DNA of 64,000 nt from Bdellovibrionota bacterium. GTDB taxonomy: Bacteria > Bdellovibrionota_C > UBA2361 > JBGSMV01. Under the pieces are notes generated by a model. It saw nothing but the letters and a program-made list of their open reading frames with translations, made no database searches and was not told the DNA's origin. The stretch's first letter is position 1. Each line of letters starts with the position of its first letter. This document shows, piece after piece, positions 56,284 to 64,000 of the stretch. The position numbers and the translations under genes are program-made. The stretch spans positions 569 through 64,568 of the forward strand of contig JBIKWF010000010.1 of the NCBI GenBank assembly GCA_044356455.1, in the 5' to 3' direction.

Positions 56284-57150
56284 TCATTTGGCTTTTCGAT
56301 GAAGGCTCCCATCGAGCGCGACGCACCATTCTTCCCCGGACATCAGCAACTTGCCCCGGCACTCTTGCGTTTCCGCGGGTTTACCCGATTCTCTGCGTAG
56401 TATCTCGTCAAGGGTGACATCGGATTCGTTGGGGTCAATCTTGGCGTCCTGACCACGCAGGGCAAGGCTTAAGGTTCCGTTCTGTGCCGCGAGCTGTATG
56501 TATCTTGATTCTCTGGTAGGGGCGAGCAGGGTGATGGTGCCTGGCACCGGCATGCCGGGCTGCCACGAGCCGTTTACCTGACGGTCGGCCCCAATTACTT
56601 GGGCATTTTGGGCAATGATCCTCAGTGAAGGAGCTCCGCGTGCTGTGTTAATCCATGCCACATCAACGAGCTCTCCAGGTCTCACAAGACCATCCACGGA
56701 GGTAATATCGTTTACGCGAATAGTTACCGCCCGAGCTTCGCCGGGAATTCGCGGAGTAATCGGATTTTGTGACCGCGTGGCCGAGACTCTTTTCGAGAGG
56801 AGCGGCTCACCCATATAGAGAGTGGAGGCGGCGAATTGGCTCTTAATTTCTTCAAATGACTTCACGGTTCCCGCAGCAAGGAAAGCCGCAGGACGATGTT
56901 CAACGCGGAAAAGTTCAGGAGTAAGCGCTCGACCTCCTTCAATGTCTGAGCGCGGCACAAGGACCTCGCTCATCAAGGGGCTCGGAGATTCGGTAACGGG
57001 TTCAGAGGGAGTGACTACTTCTGCAGGCTTTAGGAAGAGAGCGGTTCCAACAACGCCCGAGCATAAAAAGACGGCAAGGCTTGCGACAATCACCGCGCGT
57101 TCTTGATTCGATCTTCTCGCCGATGCTTGAGCCCCAAAATAGGATGACAT
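56284..57150 (-). CDS. CpaB/RcpC-like (SAF domain) protein, N-terminal TM anchor
   Basis: The SAF-like segment RAVTIRVNDITSVDGLVRPGELVDV and the RcpC-like C-terminus ITLLAPTRESRYIQLAAQNGTLSLALRG. Confidence 0.6.
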   Translation of the reverse strand: MSSYFGAQASARRSNQERAVIVASLAVFLCSGVVGTALFLKPAEVVTPSEPVTESPSPLMSEVLVPRSDIEGGRALTPELFRVEHRPAAFLAAGTVKSFEEIKSQFAASTLYMGEPLLSKRVSATRSQNPITPRIPGEARAVTIRVNDITSVDGLVRPGELVDVAWINTARGAPSLRIIAQNAQVIGADRQVNGSWQPGMPVPGTITLLAPTRESRYIQLAAQNGTLSLALRGQDAKIDPNESDVTLDEILRRESGKPAETQECRGKLLMSGEEWCVALDGSLHRKAK

Positions 57151-57184
57151 AGTACCACCTCCATAACCTGAGCGTTTGAACTGT

Positions 57185-57258
57185 TTAGAGAACCTCTAAA
57201 ATCTTACCCTTAGTGGTCTCCGTGGTTTATGAAAACAACCACTAAGACCACTAAGGGA
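57185..57258. repeat. degenerate A-type end plus D-type palindrome
   Basis: TTTAGAGAACCTCTAAAATC, then CCTTAGTGGTCTCCGTGGTTTATGAAAACAACCACTAAGACCACTAAGG. Confidence 0.6.
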
Positions 57259-57422
57259 AGGAAATCTTTGGGTCCCTTCGTAAGTGCGTTTTTCATTCGC
57301 AGCTCATTGAAGGGTTAGACTAGGCGCTTCGATAGAAGTTCGGCCGTGGATGAAATTTCCTCTTGTCTCAGCGCGAATGGTGTTACCTCCTAGGGGGAAA
57401 TAGGAGGATGGATAAGAGTTTC

Positions 57423-58370
57423 CTATGCGCGTGCCGGGCTAGGAGCTGAAGTTGTCATGAGAAGAATGTCACCCTGGCTTCTTCCGAGGTCAATCTTCGC
57501 CGCATCGATTTCAGGAACAAGTACCGTAGCTACATACTTGCTCGTTGAAGATTCTCCCGGACTAGAGGGCGGTTTAGGCTGAATTGCAAGGATGGTCGCG
57601 CGTGAGGAAACCTTCGTAACCTGCAGAGAGCCTTCTGCTGAGGGTAGGGCGAGCACTACTTCAATCTCATTTCCCACTTTTACATTAAAGTTCGCGGTAG
57701 TTTCGAATCCCACCGCGACTGCCCGAAAACCTTGAGGTATAGGGCGCTGGCCGGAAGAAGACGGGACGCTTAGGTAGCGCCGGTCAAGAGGGTAGTCAGC
57801 GAGGATGAGTGTGCTCGCAACTTCGTTTTTGCCGATATCATCCAGCGAGCGAATGGACTGATCCGAGATTTCGGAGAGAGGTCGTGCCACGCGCCGAAAC
57901 ATCGATTTGGTGAGCTCGGTTCCCGGGGGGATATCTTGGGTTGGGACCAGGACTTCTGCCACTTGCATGGGATACCACTGTGGCTGCGACCGGCCCATCC
58001 AAAATCCAAGTGATACGCAGGCGCACATGGCTGATGCAATGAGCCCCTGGGAAACGCGCATGGGTGTACAGTGCTGGGCGAGAAAATCCACGAGCGAATG
58101 TGACAGGAGGCGATCGGTAAAATGAGTGGCGTCACTCAGTTCGGTATCCTCTTCCGAATCGAGGGCGTCCATCACTTCGCTCGTAAAGTCTTTAGAAGCT
58201 GAAATGCCTGACGAGCGAATTGATTCCTCAAGAGCCTTTAGTGCATCTATTGATGCAATCTCCTCGGAGAGTTCGGAATCCGAAAGCGCGGACTCACGCA
58301 GTTTCTGCTCGGTATTTGGTGAGAGCTCTCCCGCAAGTAATTTTTCAAGCTCCAGTTTTGTGGGTATCAT
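57423..58370 (-). CDS. membrane anti-sigma factor: degenerate (Cys-less) zf-HC2-like N-terminus, one TM, periplasmic CpaB/SAF-like domain
   Basis: N-terminus LELEKLLAGELSPNTEQKLRESALSDSELSEE follows the anti-sigma pattern LxxYLxGEL...HLxxCxxCxxE, with Ser replacing Cys. TM LIASAMCACVSLGFWMG. The C-terminal half resembles CpaB (VLVPTQDIPPGTEL; VGNEIEVVL; ATILAIQPK). 4-bp overlap with the upstream ECF sigma. Confidence 0.55.
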   Translation of the reverse strand: MIPTKLELEKLLAGELSPNTEQKLRESALSDSELSEEIASIDALKALEESIRSSGISASKDFTSEVMDALDSEEDTELSDATHFTDRLLSHSLVDFLAQHCTPMRVSQGLIASAMCACVSLGFWMGRSQPQWYPMQVAEVLVPTQDIPPGTELTKSMFRRVARPLSEISDQSIRSLDDIGKNEVASTLILADYPLDRRYLSVPSSSGQRPIPQGFRAVAVGFETTANFNVKVGNEIEVVLALPSAEGSLQVTKVSSRATILAIQPKPPSSPGESSTSKYVATVLVPEIDAAKIDLGRSQGDILLMTTSAPSPARA

Positions 58371-58963
58371 GTGGTCTCCAGTGCCTCCTTGAGCAGGGCG
58401 CGCGCTTTGTTCAGCCGCGATCGCACGGTGCCAATAGGGATTTCTAGAATGAGGGACGCTTCTTCGTAACTCTTCCCTTCTAAACTTACGAGTGCCACGA
58501 CTCCTTGGTAGTGAGAGGGAAGCGCGTGCAGGGCCGCCCTAAACTGTTTCATGTTCTCCTTTTGATCATGTTGCTCGCTCAAGCAGGGCATGGATTGTTC
58601 GCCTGCTCCCTCCATCGGGAGTATTTTGAGTCTGTCTCTGTGGAGAGGCGAAGAGAGGTACGACGAGGTGAGGTTCAGCGAGATTCGGGTGATCCAGGTT
58701 TTGAAGCTGCATTCGAATCGAAAACGTGGCAGTGCCTTATAGGCGCGAAGAAACGCTTCTTGGGCCAAGTCTTCACTTGCCGAGCGGTCCCCTGTTTGGC
58801 GCCAGATCATATTCACCACGTAAGCTTGATGCTCATCAACAAAGTAGCGGTAGTCCTCACGATTCCCTTCGGCCACACTTTGCAGGCGCATGCGCTCGTC
58901 CTTGACGGACGATTTCGCTGCTCCAGAGCTTAGCGTGCCTACGGGGTCGAGCCGTCGCATCAC
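58367..58963 (-). CDS. ECF (sigma-70 family, group 4) RNA polymerase sigma factor
   Basis: Region 2 DLAQEAFLRAYKAL and region 4 LEGKSYEEASLILEIPIGTVRSRLNKAR. Confidence 0.85.
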   Translation of the reverse strand: MMRRLDPVGTLSSGAAKSSVKDERMRLQSVAEGNREDYRYFVDEHQAYVVNMIWRQTGDRSASEDLAQEAFLRAYKALPRFRFECSFKTWITRISLNLTSSYLSSPLHRDRLKILPMEGAGEQSMPCLSEQHDQKENMKQFRAALHALPSHYQGVVALVSLEGKSYEEASLILEIPIGTVRSRLNKARALLKEALETT

Positions 58964-59279
58964 AGTCCTTTTTCTTAGAGAGCAACCTATAGCCGGAGCT
59001 ATTCCATAACCTCTGCTCTCTTAGACTTCGTAAAGAGCAAAAAGTTCGAAGGGAGTTATGTTATTAATATTCATTAAGAATTAGGTCCGCGTACTTCATG
59101 TGAAGAGTCGGCGGATTCCGGAGAATTGTTGAGGGAAGTTGGGGAGGTTTGCTGCAAAGAAGCGAGGTCCTGACCGTGCTACCTAGGTAAGGTTCGTAGT
59201 CAGGACCTCGCGAGAGGGACTCGGCGCCTGGGAGAGCTGGGAGCCCGCTTGGGGGGGAGCTGCCCTTTTGGGGCCCTCT

Positions 59280-60785
59280 TTAGAGACAGTAAATATTATC
59301 TTGATAATACACTTCTCCTAGAATTTTGAGGCACTCGGCTTGGTACCATTCTGAACCCACAAGAATTTCCCCACCAATAAGTGACCCAATCAGAGAGTCT
59401 CTGTCGAGAAGGAATCCCACGACAGAAGATTGGAAGATCGGCTGACTGATGGCATTCATATCGATACTTAAATTGGTCAGGTTCTCAATTGATGAACGCA
59501 TTACAATTAGGCCGGTAGTATAGCCGAAGGGATCAGCTCGGGTGAATTGATTCCCCATGATGGAAACTCTTCTTAGGTTCGTTATGACAGCGTTGGTTAC
59601 TTCCATTTGATTGGACGTGACTTCACTAACGTCCGAAAATACCCCCGAGATTGAGAGCCCCTTTGAGCGCAGTTTGTTCACGGTGTCAGCTTGCGGTATT
59701 GCTATGGTAAGGTAGTCCGCGCTTATGTCCTTAATAGAACCAGCTCGAGGCGCAAGTATGTGCATTTGCCCCGGGCTTTTGAGCCATACTCCGGATATCT
59801 GGCGAATGGGCTGGTTTGCAAATGCCGGAGTACTAAAGGACGAGCCTGAAGTAAGGGTAAGAGCATTGACCGAGAGCTCTGGCGCGCTAGGATCTCTGGT
59901 GCCTATGGCCATAAAGGGTACTCCTTGGTTTCCAGTGAGCACTACTTGAACATTATCGATTTCCCGGATCCCATATCCATGGATCCCCAGGCTATACCCG
60001 TCTAATCCAGAAGCGAGAACGTTTACGCGCTCTAGGCGTCCAATGGAAAGGCCTCGCGCGAGAAGGGTATATACCCCCTTGCCTGCGTTCCCGACTTCGA
60101 TGTTCACGTCACGAATTGCTGCGATGCTGCCCTCTTGCACTTCAATTCCGCGGCTATCTCTGCCTAAGGCCTTCACTTGCGCAAAGGAGATAGTATCGAT
60201 GCTCGGCATTTGGGTCTTTGATGTTGACGCCTGCCCCAGAAAAATGCCGGCAGAGGATTCCCCGCGAACAGTAATTTCAACATTCTCGAGGCGCTTGAGA
60301 GAGCGAGGCGTCGTGCCTGCGAGAAGTAGCACTCCGGTTGAGAAGTTTCCGGTGGATTCAATCTTCAGACCAGAAATCTCTATTTCATCCGCCGCGATTT
60401 GCACGACACTGCTCTTGGTTGCTTCAAGCCCACAGGTGGCAGAGCCATCGCTTGCTACGGAGTTGACGATTCGTGCGCCCTGGGCTCCTCGCAGAATAGT
60501 TCGAGAGCGGTAGAGGCGAAGTGCACAGCCGGTAGCGGGGCTTGATACGAGTGTCCCATTGAGCAGCACTGTTATTGCGCCATCGCGATTAAGGTCTGCT
60601 GCGCGATAGATGCGATTCTCAAGGTCGCGAAACGAAATCTCCTCCTTGCCAAGAACAATGTCGGCTTCTTCCACAAGTGATGCGGATCCTTGCTTTAGAT
60701 TGATTGGGTGAAATTTCTGGGCCTGCGCTTCAGCATGGATACAAAGAGCAGCAAGGGCGGCACTGAAGGATCGAGTAAAACTCAT
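59280..60785 (-). CDS. secreted hypothetical protein, likely right-handed beta-helix repeats
   Basis: Signal peptide MSFTRSFSAALAALCIHAEAQA; repetitive (V/I)x(V/I)xGN-like turns. Confidence 0.45.
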   Translation of the reverse strand: MSFTRSFSAALAALCIHAEAQAQKFHPINLKQGSASLVEEADIVLGKEEISFRDLENRIYRAADLNRDGAITVLLNGTLVSSPATGCALRLYRSRTILRGAQGARIVNSVASDGSATCGLEATKSSVVQIAADEIEISGLKIESTGNFSTGVLLLAGTTPRSLKRLENVEITVRGESSAGIFLGQASTSKTQMPSIDTISFAQVKALGRDSRGIEVQEGSIAAIRDVNIEVGNAGKGVYTLLARGLSIGRLERVNVLASGLDGYSLGIHGYGIREIDNVQVVLTGNQGVPFMAIGTRDPSAPELSVNALTLTSGSSFSTPAFANQPIRQISGVWLKSPGQMHILAPRAGSIKDISADYLTIAIPQADTVNKLRSKGLSISGVFSDVSEVTSNQMEVTNAVITNLRRVSIMGNQFTRADPFGYTTGLIVMRSSIENLTNLSIDMNAISQPIFQSSVVGFLLDRDSLIGSLIGGEILVGSEWYQAECLKILGEVYYQDNIYCL

Positions 60786-61132
60786 ACAACCTCATTAAAA
60801 TGCGATGAGATTGGCGCTGGCCAGGCTCATCGACTGTTCTCCCGCGTTCCCAGGCCGACCTGCCTGAGTGCTGATGCGTGTGCGCGGGTTCCGTGCTTAG
60901 TGATATGGCTCTTCTCGGACTCGTGTAACATAACTGCCATAAAACGGCAGGTGCGGAACTGTAAAAAGCATGCAAGTACAATATGATAGGGCTCCTATAT
61001 GAGCGCTTGAAAATCTTAGGCAATTAGATGGCCTGCGGATTAAAGGCAAGGTCGCGGAATTTGCGAGACTCTCTTCCCATAACTTCTCAATGGTTTGGGA
61101 GGCTACCTGTGTAGGGGGCGTAGCTTAGCGGA

Positions 61133-61723
61133 ATGCAGATTGATAGAATCCCCATCAGCTCTTCAAATTTTGTGCATATGGTAATGAAACTTCTAGATCG
61201 CAAAGCGCCGTCGCGAGAAGGTGGGATGGTTGTTGAAGATGGTGTCCTCCCTGACCTCCTCGAGCTCATGCCAGGCCTTTGCCGCGAGCGGAACGAGACT
61301 GTTGCTGCGCTTAAACTCCGTAGTTTGATTCGAAGGGCGCATACCACTCTTCCCGAACTTGTTGCTTTGGACTCTCATGCCCTGAAGTATGTTTCTTCCA
61401 CCGATTTCCCGCGCTTGCCGCATTTCGCAGCTTCAGGAGAATTTCGCTCAGAGTCAGACCAAGCCTTTCCCCATTATCGTGGGTTATTTCTCACCCCAAA
61501 CGGCCTGCGCTTTGGCCGGGAGTTCGAGTGTGATGAGTCACCCGACTGCGGCGGGGTAACGGGCGAGCGCATTCCATTGAAACAAGCGATTCTTTGGGTG
61601 AGGCAAGGCTATTCCGTTGAGACTTTGAGGGCGGACTTGGCTCACGCCATTCCTGTCTTACTTCGACGGGCCGAGGAAGCGTGGGGCGAGCGCGGGGACG
61701 AGGGGAGATGGGATTTGTCTTAG
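61133..61723 (+). CDS. hypothetical protein (196 aa)
   Basis: ORF only. Confidence 0.35.
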   Translation: MQIDRIPISSSNFVHMVMKLLDRKAPSREGGMVVEDGVLPDLLELMPGLCRERNETVAALKLRSLIRRAHTTLPELVALDSHALKYVSSTDFPRLPHFAASGEFRSESDQAFPHYRGLFLTPNGLRFGREFECDESPDCGGVTGERIPLKQAILWVRQGYSVETLRADLAHAIPVLLRRAEEAWGERGDEGRWDLS

Positions 61724-61724
61724 A

Positions 61725-62765
61725 TCACTTTTCCCTTGAGCCCGCCAAAGCCGAGGAAAGTTTTGAGATGCTTTCCGGAATGCTCTTCATAATATCAACA
61801 AGCTCAATCGGAAAGAACACCACTGTGTTTGAGGACCCACTTCCCAGTCCGTCAATAGTTTGAAGTGTTCTGAGCTTCATTGCGCCAGGACTGTTAAGCA
61901 TAGTTCCTGCCGCATCAGAGAGATTAAGGGCTGCGAGCTTATCACCTTCAGCTTTGGTAATGGTGGCACGCTTTTCACGCTCGGCGCTCGCTTGACGGCT
62001 CATCATACGCTTGAGATCTTCGGGTACATCTACGTCAAGGATTCGGACCGAGTCCACATGGATACCAATTTCCTGCACGCGCTCTTCAAGGATATTCCCG
62101 ACCGCAATTTGAATCTGCTCTCGTTCGGCAAGAAGATCGTCAAGCTGCAATCCGCCTACTACGTCACGTAAGGCTGCCTGGGCGTATTGCGAGGTAGCAA
62201 AGCGGTAATCTTGGACTTCCACCACCGCTCTTCCTGGATTTACCACTTGGAAGAACATGGCGCCGTCAATCTGCACGGGAACGTTATCTTTGGTGATTGC
62301 TTTCTGAGCTGGAATCTCAAGAGTCAAAAGCCGGGTGTCCACAAAGAGACAGCCCTCGAGACCGGGGATGAGATAGAACACGCCGGGTCCCCGGGTTCCT
62401 GCATAGCGCCCGAGACGCAGGATCACACCCTTCTCCCACTGAGCGGCGACGCGAATTCCGGGGACGAAGACTGAAATCAGTATGACGCCAAGCACGAGCA
62501 AGATAATCGCGCGAGGGCTTGAGAAACTGGTGAGGTCGTAGAATTTCTCGATAAAGAGAAACAGTCCAACAAACATCACTACCCAGGCGATGGTGCGAAT
62601 GGGAGCGCCTAAGGACACATGCAGGTTCTCATGTGATTCAATCCCTGCGGCCATGCCGGGGACTGAGGTGCTGTGTGGGCTGTTTTGCTGCTGATTCATG
62701 GAAGTCTCCGAAGCGCGTGTGCATTTTCCAAGGGGGCGATTAGCTCCTATAACCCCTTGGAACAA
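61725..62765 (-). CDS. SPFH/Band-7 (stomatin-like) membrane protein
   Basis: N-terminal TM then an SPFH domain: VPVQIDGAMFFQVVNP, ALRDVVG and the coiled-coil RQASAEREKRA. Confidence 0.8.
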   Translation of the reverse strand: MFQGVIGANRPLGKCTRASETSMNQQQNSPHSTSVPGMAAGIESHENLHVSLGAPIRTIAWVVMFVGLFLFIEKFYDLTSFSSPRAIILLVLGVILISVFVPGIRVAAQWEKGVILRLGRYAGTRGPGVFYLIPGLEGCLFVDTRLLTLEIPAQKAITKDNVPVQIDGAMFFQVVNPGRAVVEVQDYRFATSQYAQAALRDVVGGLQLDDLLAEREQIQIAVGNILEERVQEIGIHVDSVRILDVDVPEDLKRMMSRQASAEREKRATITKAEGDKLAALNLSDAAGTMLNSPGAMKLRTLQTIDGLGSGSSNTVVFFPIELVDIMKSIPESISKLSSALAGSREK

Positions 62766-63009
62766 CCACTAATTCGCTCAGTCAGAATAACTGAATCGGG
62801 TCGCTACTCAAGGAATGGATGAAGATTGTCTATGACCCGTCGGCTAACTTATTGATTTTTCGAGAACAAATTGCTTCCTATGAGTTAAAGGGACGTTTCA
62901 TTGCGGATCTAGGACGGAGTGATTAGGTTACAGGTCGCGGCAGGTGGCCTTCGGCCAATCCCGCGAACGCGTAGCGTTTTTGTTTGATTTTTTTTCATAA
63001 GGGTGACCC

Positions 63010-63546
63010 ATGTTGGGAGTAGGAGCAAAATTTCCGGAGTATTCGCTGAAGGCCACTGTTTCAACGAACAAGGACTCGGCCTTTAAAGTTCTTTCGAATA
63101 AGGACTACAAGGGTAAATGGACGATGATGTTCTTCTGGCCTAAGGACTTCACGTTTGTCTGCCCCACTGAAATCGCGGCTTTTGGTAAGCTCAATTCTGA
63201 GTTTAACGCGCGCGATTGTCAGATTCTTGGTTGCAGCACAGATTCTGAGTTCGTGCACCTTGCGTGGCGGAACGATCATAAGGATTTAAAGAATTTGCCT
63301 TTCCCCATGCTCGCCGACATCAAGCGCGAGCTCACCACGGCACTTGGTATTCTTGATCCGAATGAAGGCGTAGCGCAGCGAGCCACCTATCTTGTCGATC
63401 CTGAGGGAATTATTCGCTTCGTTGCGGTAACGGACCTTTCGGTAGGAAGAAACGTGGACGAGGTTCTCAGAGTCCTGGACGCGCTTCAGACCGACGAGCT
63501 TTGTCCTTGCAACTGGAAGAAGGGGGAGGAGACACTTAACCCTTAA
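63010..63546 (+). CDS. peroxiredoxin (AhpC/TSA family)
   Basis: FTFVCPTE peroxidatic Cys; resolving Cys near the C-terminus. Confidence 0.9.
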   Translation: MLGVGAKFPEYSLKATVSTNKDSAFKVLSNKDYKGKWTMMFFWPKDFTFVCPTEIAAFGKLNSEFNARDCQILGCSTDSEFVHLAWRNDHKDLKNLPFPMLADIKRELTTALGILDPNEGVAQRATYLVDPEGIIRFVAVTDLSVGRNVDEVLRVLDALQTDELCPCNWKKGEETLNP

Positions 63547-63565
63547 TTCACGGCTCTTAACGCAT

Positions 63566-63604
63566 GGTCTTAGTGGTTCAACTAACCACTAAGACCACTA
63601 AGAA
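63566..63604. repeat. D-type palindrome directly after the peroxiredoxin stop
   Basis: GGTCTTAGTGGTTCAACTAACCACTAAGACCACTAAG. Confidence 0.65.
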
Positions 63605-63622
63605 CACAAAATAGATCTGCTT

Positions 63623-64000
63623 ATGAATGATTCAACTGGAGCTGACCAAGCACCATTCGAAGGGCTCGCCTCAAGTTTGCCTTCGTATGCGGTCGATTTG
63701 AAACTCAATCTCTCGAGTTGTTTGCGGCAAACGGAACTCACCCCGTCTCAGCTTTGGGGAACGGTGGTGAGTGTGGCGTTTGTGTGCGGGAATGCAGCCT
63801 TCTTGCGTCAGGCAGTAAAAGAGGCTGAGTCTCGCGTGGGCCCGGAGGTTCTTAACGGAGCAAAGGCCGCGGGTTCAATTATGGCGATGAACAACGTCTA
63901 TTATCGATTTCATCACCTTACCACCAACGAGCACTATAAGAGTCTCCCTGCGCGCCTGCGCATGAGCATTATTCGTTCTCACGGGGCTTCGCCTGTTGAT
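63623..64000 (+). CDS. AhpD-like / carboxymuconolactone-decarboxylase-family protein, 5' part (runs off the window)
   Basis: Immediately downstream of the peroxiredoxin. The helix pattern SQLWGTVVSVAFVCGNAAF is AhpD-like. Confidence 0.5.
   Translation, partial: MNDSTGADQAPFEGLASSLPSYAVDLKLNLSSCLRQTELTPSQLWGTVVSVAFVCGNAAFLRQAVKEAESRVGPEVLNGAKAAGSIMAMNNVYYRFHHLTTNEHYKSLPARLRMSIIRSHGASPVD

Overview
This window is moderate-GC (estimated by eye ~50-55%) bacterial chromosomal DNA from an unidentified Gram-negative organism. It is gene-dense and mostly core housekeeping. The coding content I can support is: a split phosphate-uptake locus (porin fragment, pstB-phoU, then pstS-pstC-pstA); rplM-rpsI; lptF/lptG; an rpsU (S21) with an RGG-repeat N-terminal extension; two tRNA-Gly genes; a fused two-domain PLP enzyme; nth; a cell-wall recycling set (AmgK-like kinase, nagZ, SpoIID/LytB); panB-panD; a Zn-ADH; smpB followed by a canonical tmRNA (ssrA, tag ANERSYALAA); a hicAB toxin-antitoxin pair just downstream of ssrA; mscL; an unannotated bTHX ribosomal protein; galE plus a ROK kinase; an ECF sigma / anti-sigma::CpaB-like / CpaB-like module; an SPFH protein; and a peroxiredoxin/AhpD pair. 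The intergenic space is saturated with at least three families of palindromic MITE/REP-like repeats: an A family with about 20-bp CCTAGGGAACCTCTGAAAAAC terminal inverted repeats carrying swappable internal palindromes, a high-GC G family, and a P family. They are often nested, and the CTAG termini of A-family copies supply stop codons to adjacent genes. Other points of interest are 137-bp tandem repeats directly 3' of tRNA-Gly(GCC) that share a CCCCTGGACCCC motif with the repeats next to ssrA, a hairpin cluster splitting the pst operon, and several large uncharacterised proteins. All calls are from reading the sequence and ORF translations only; no database searches were run.
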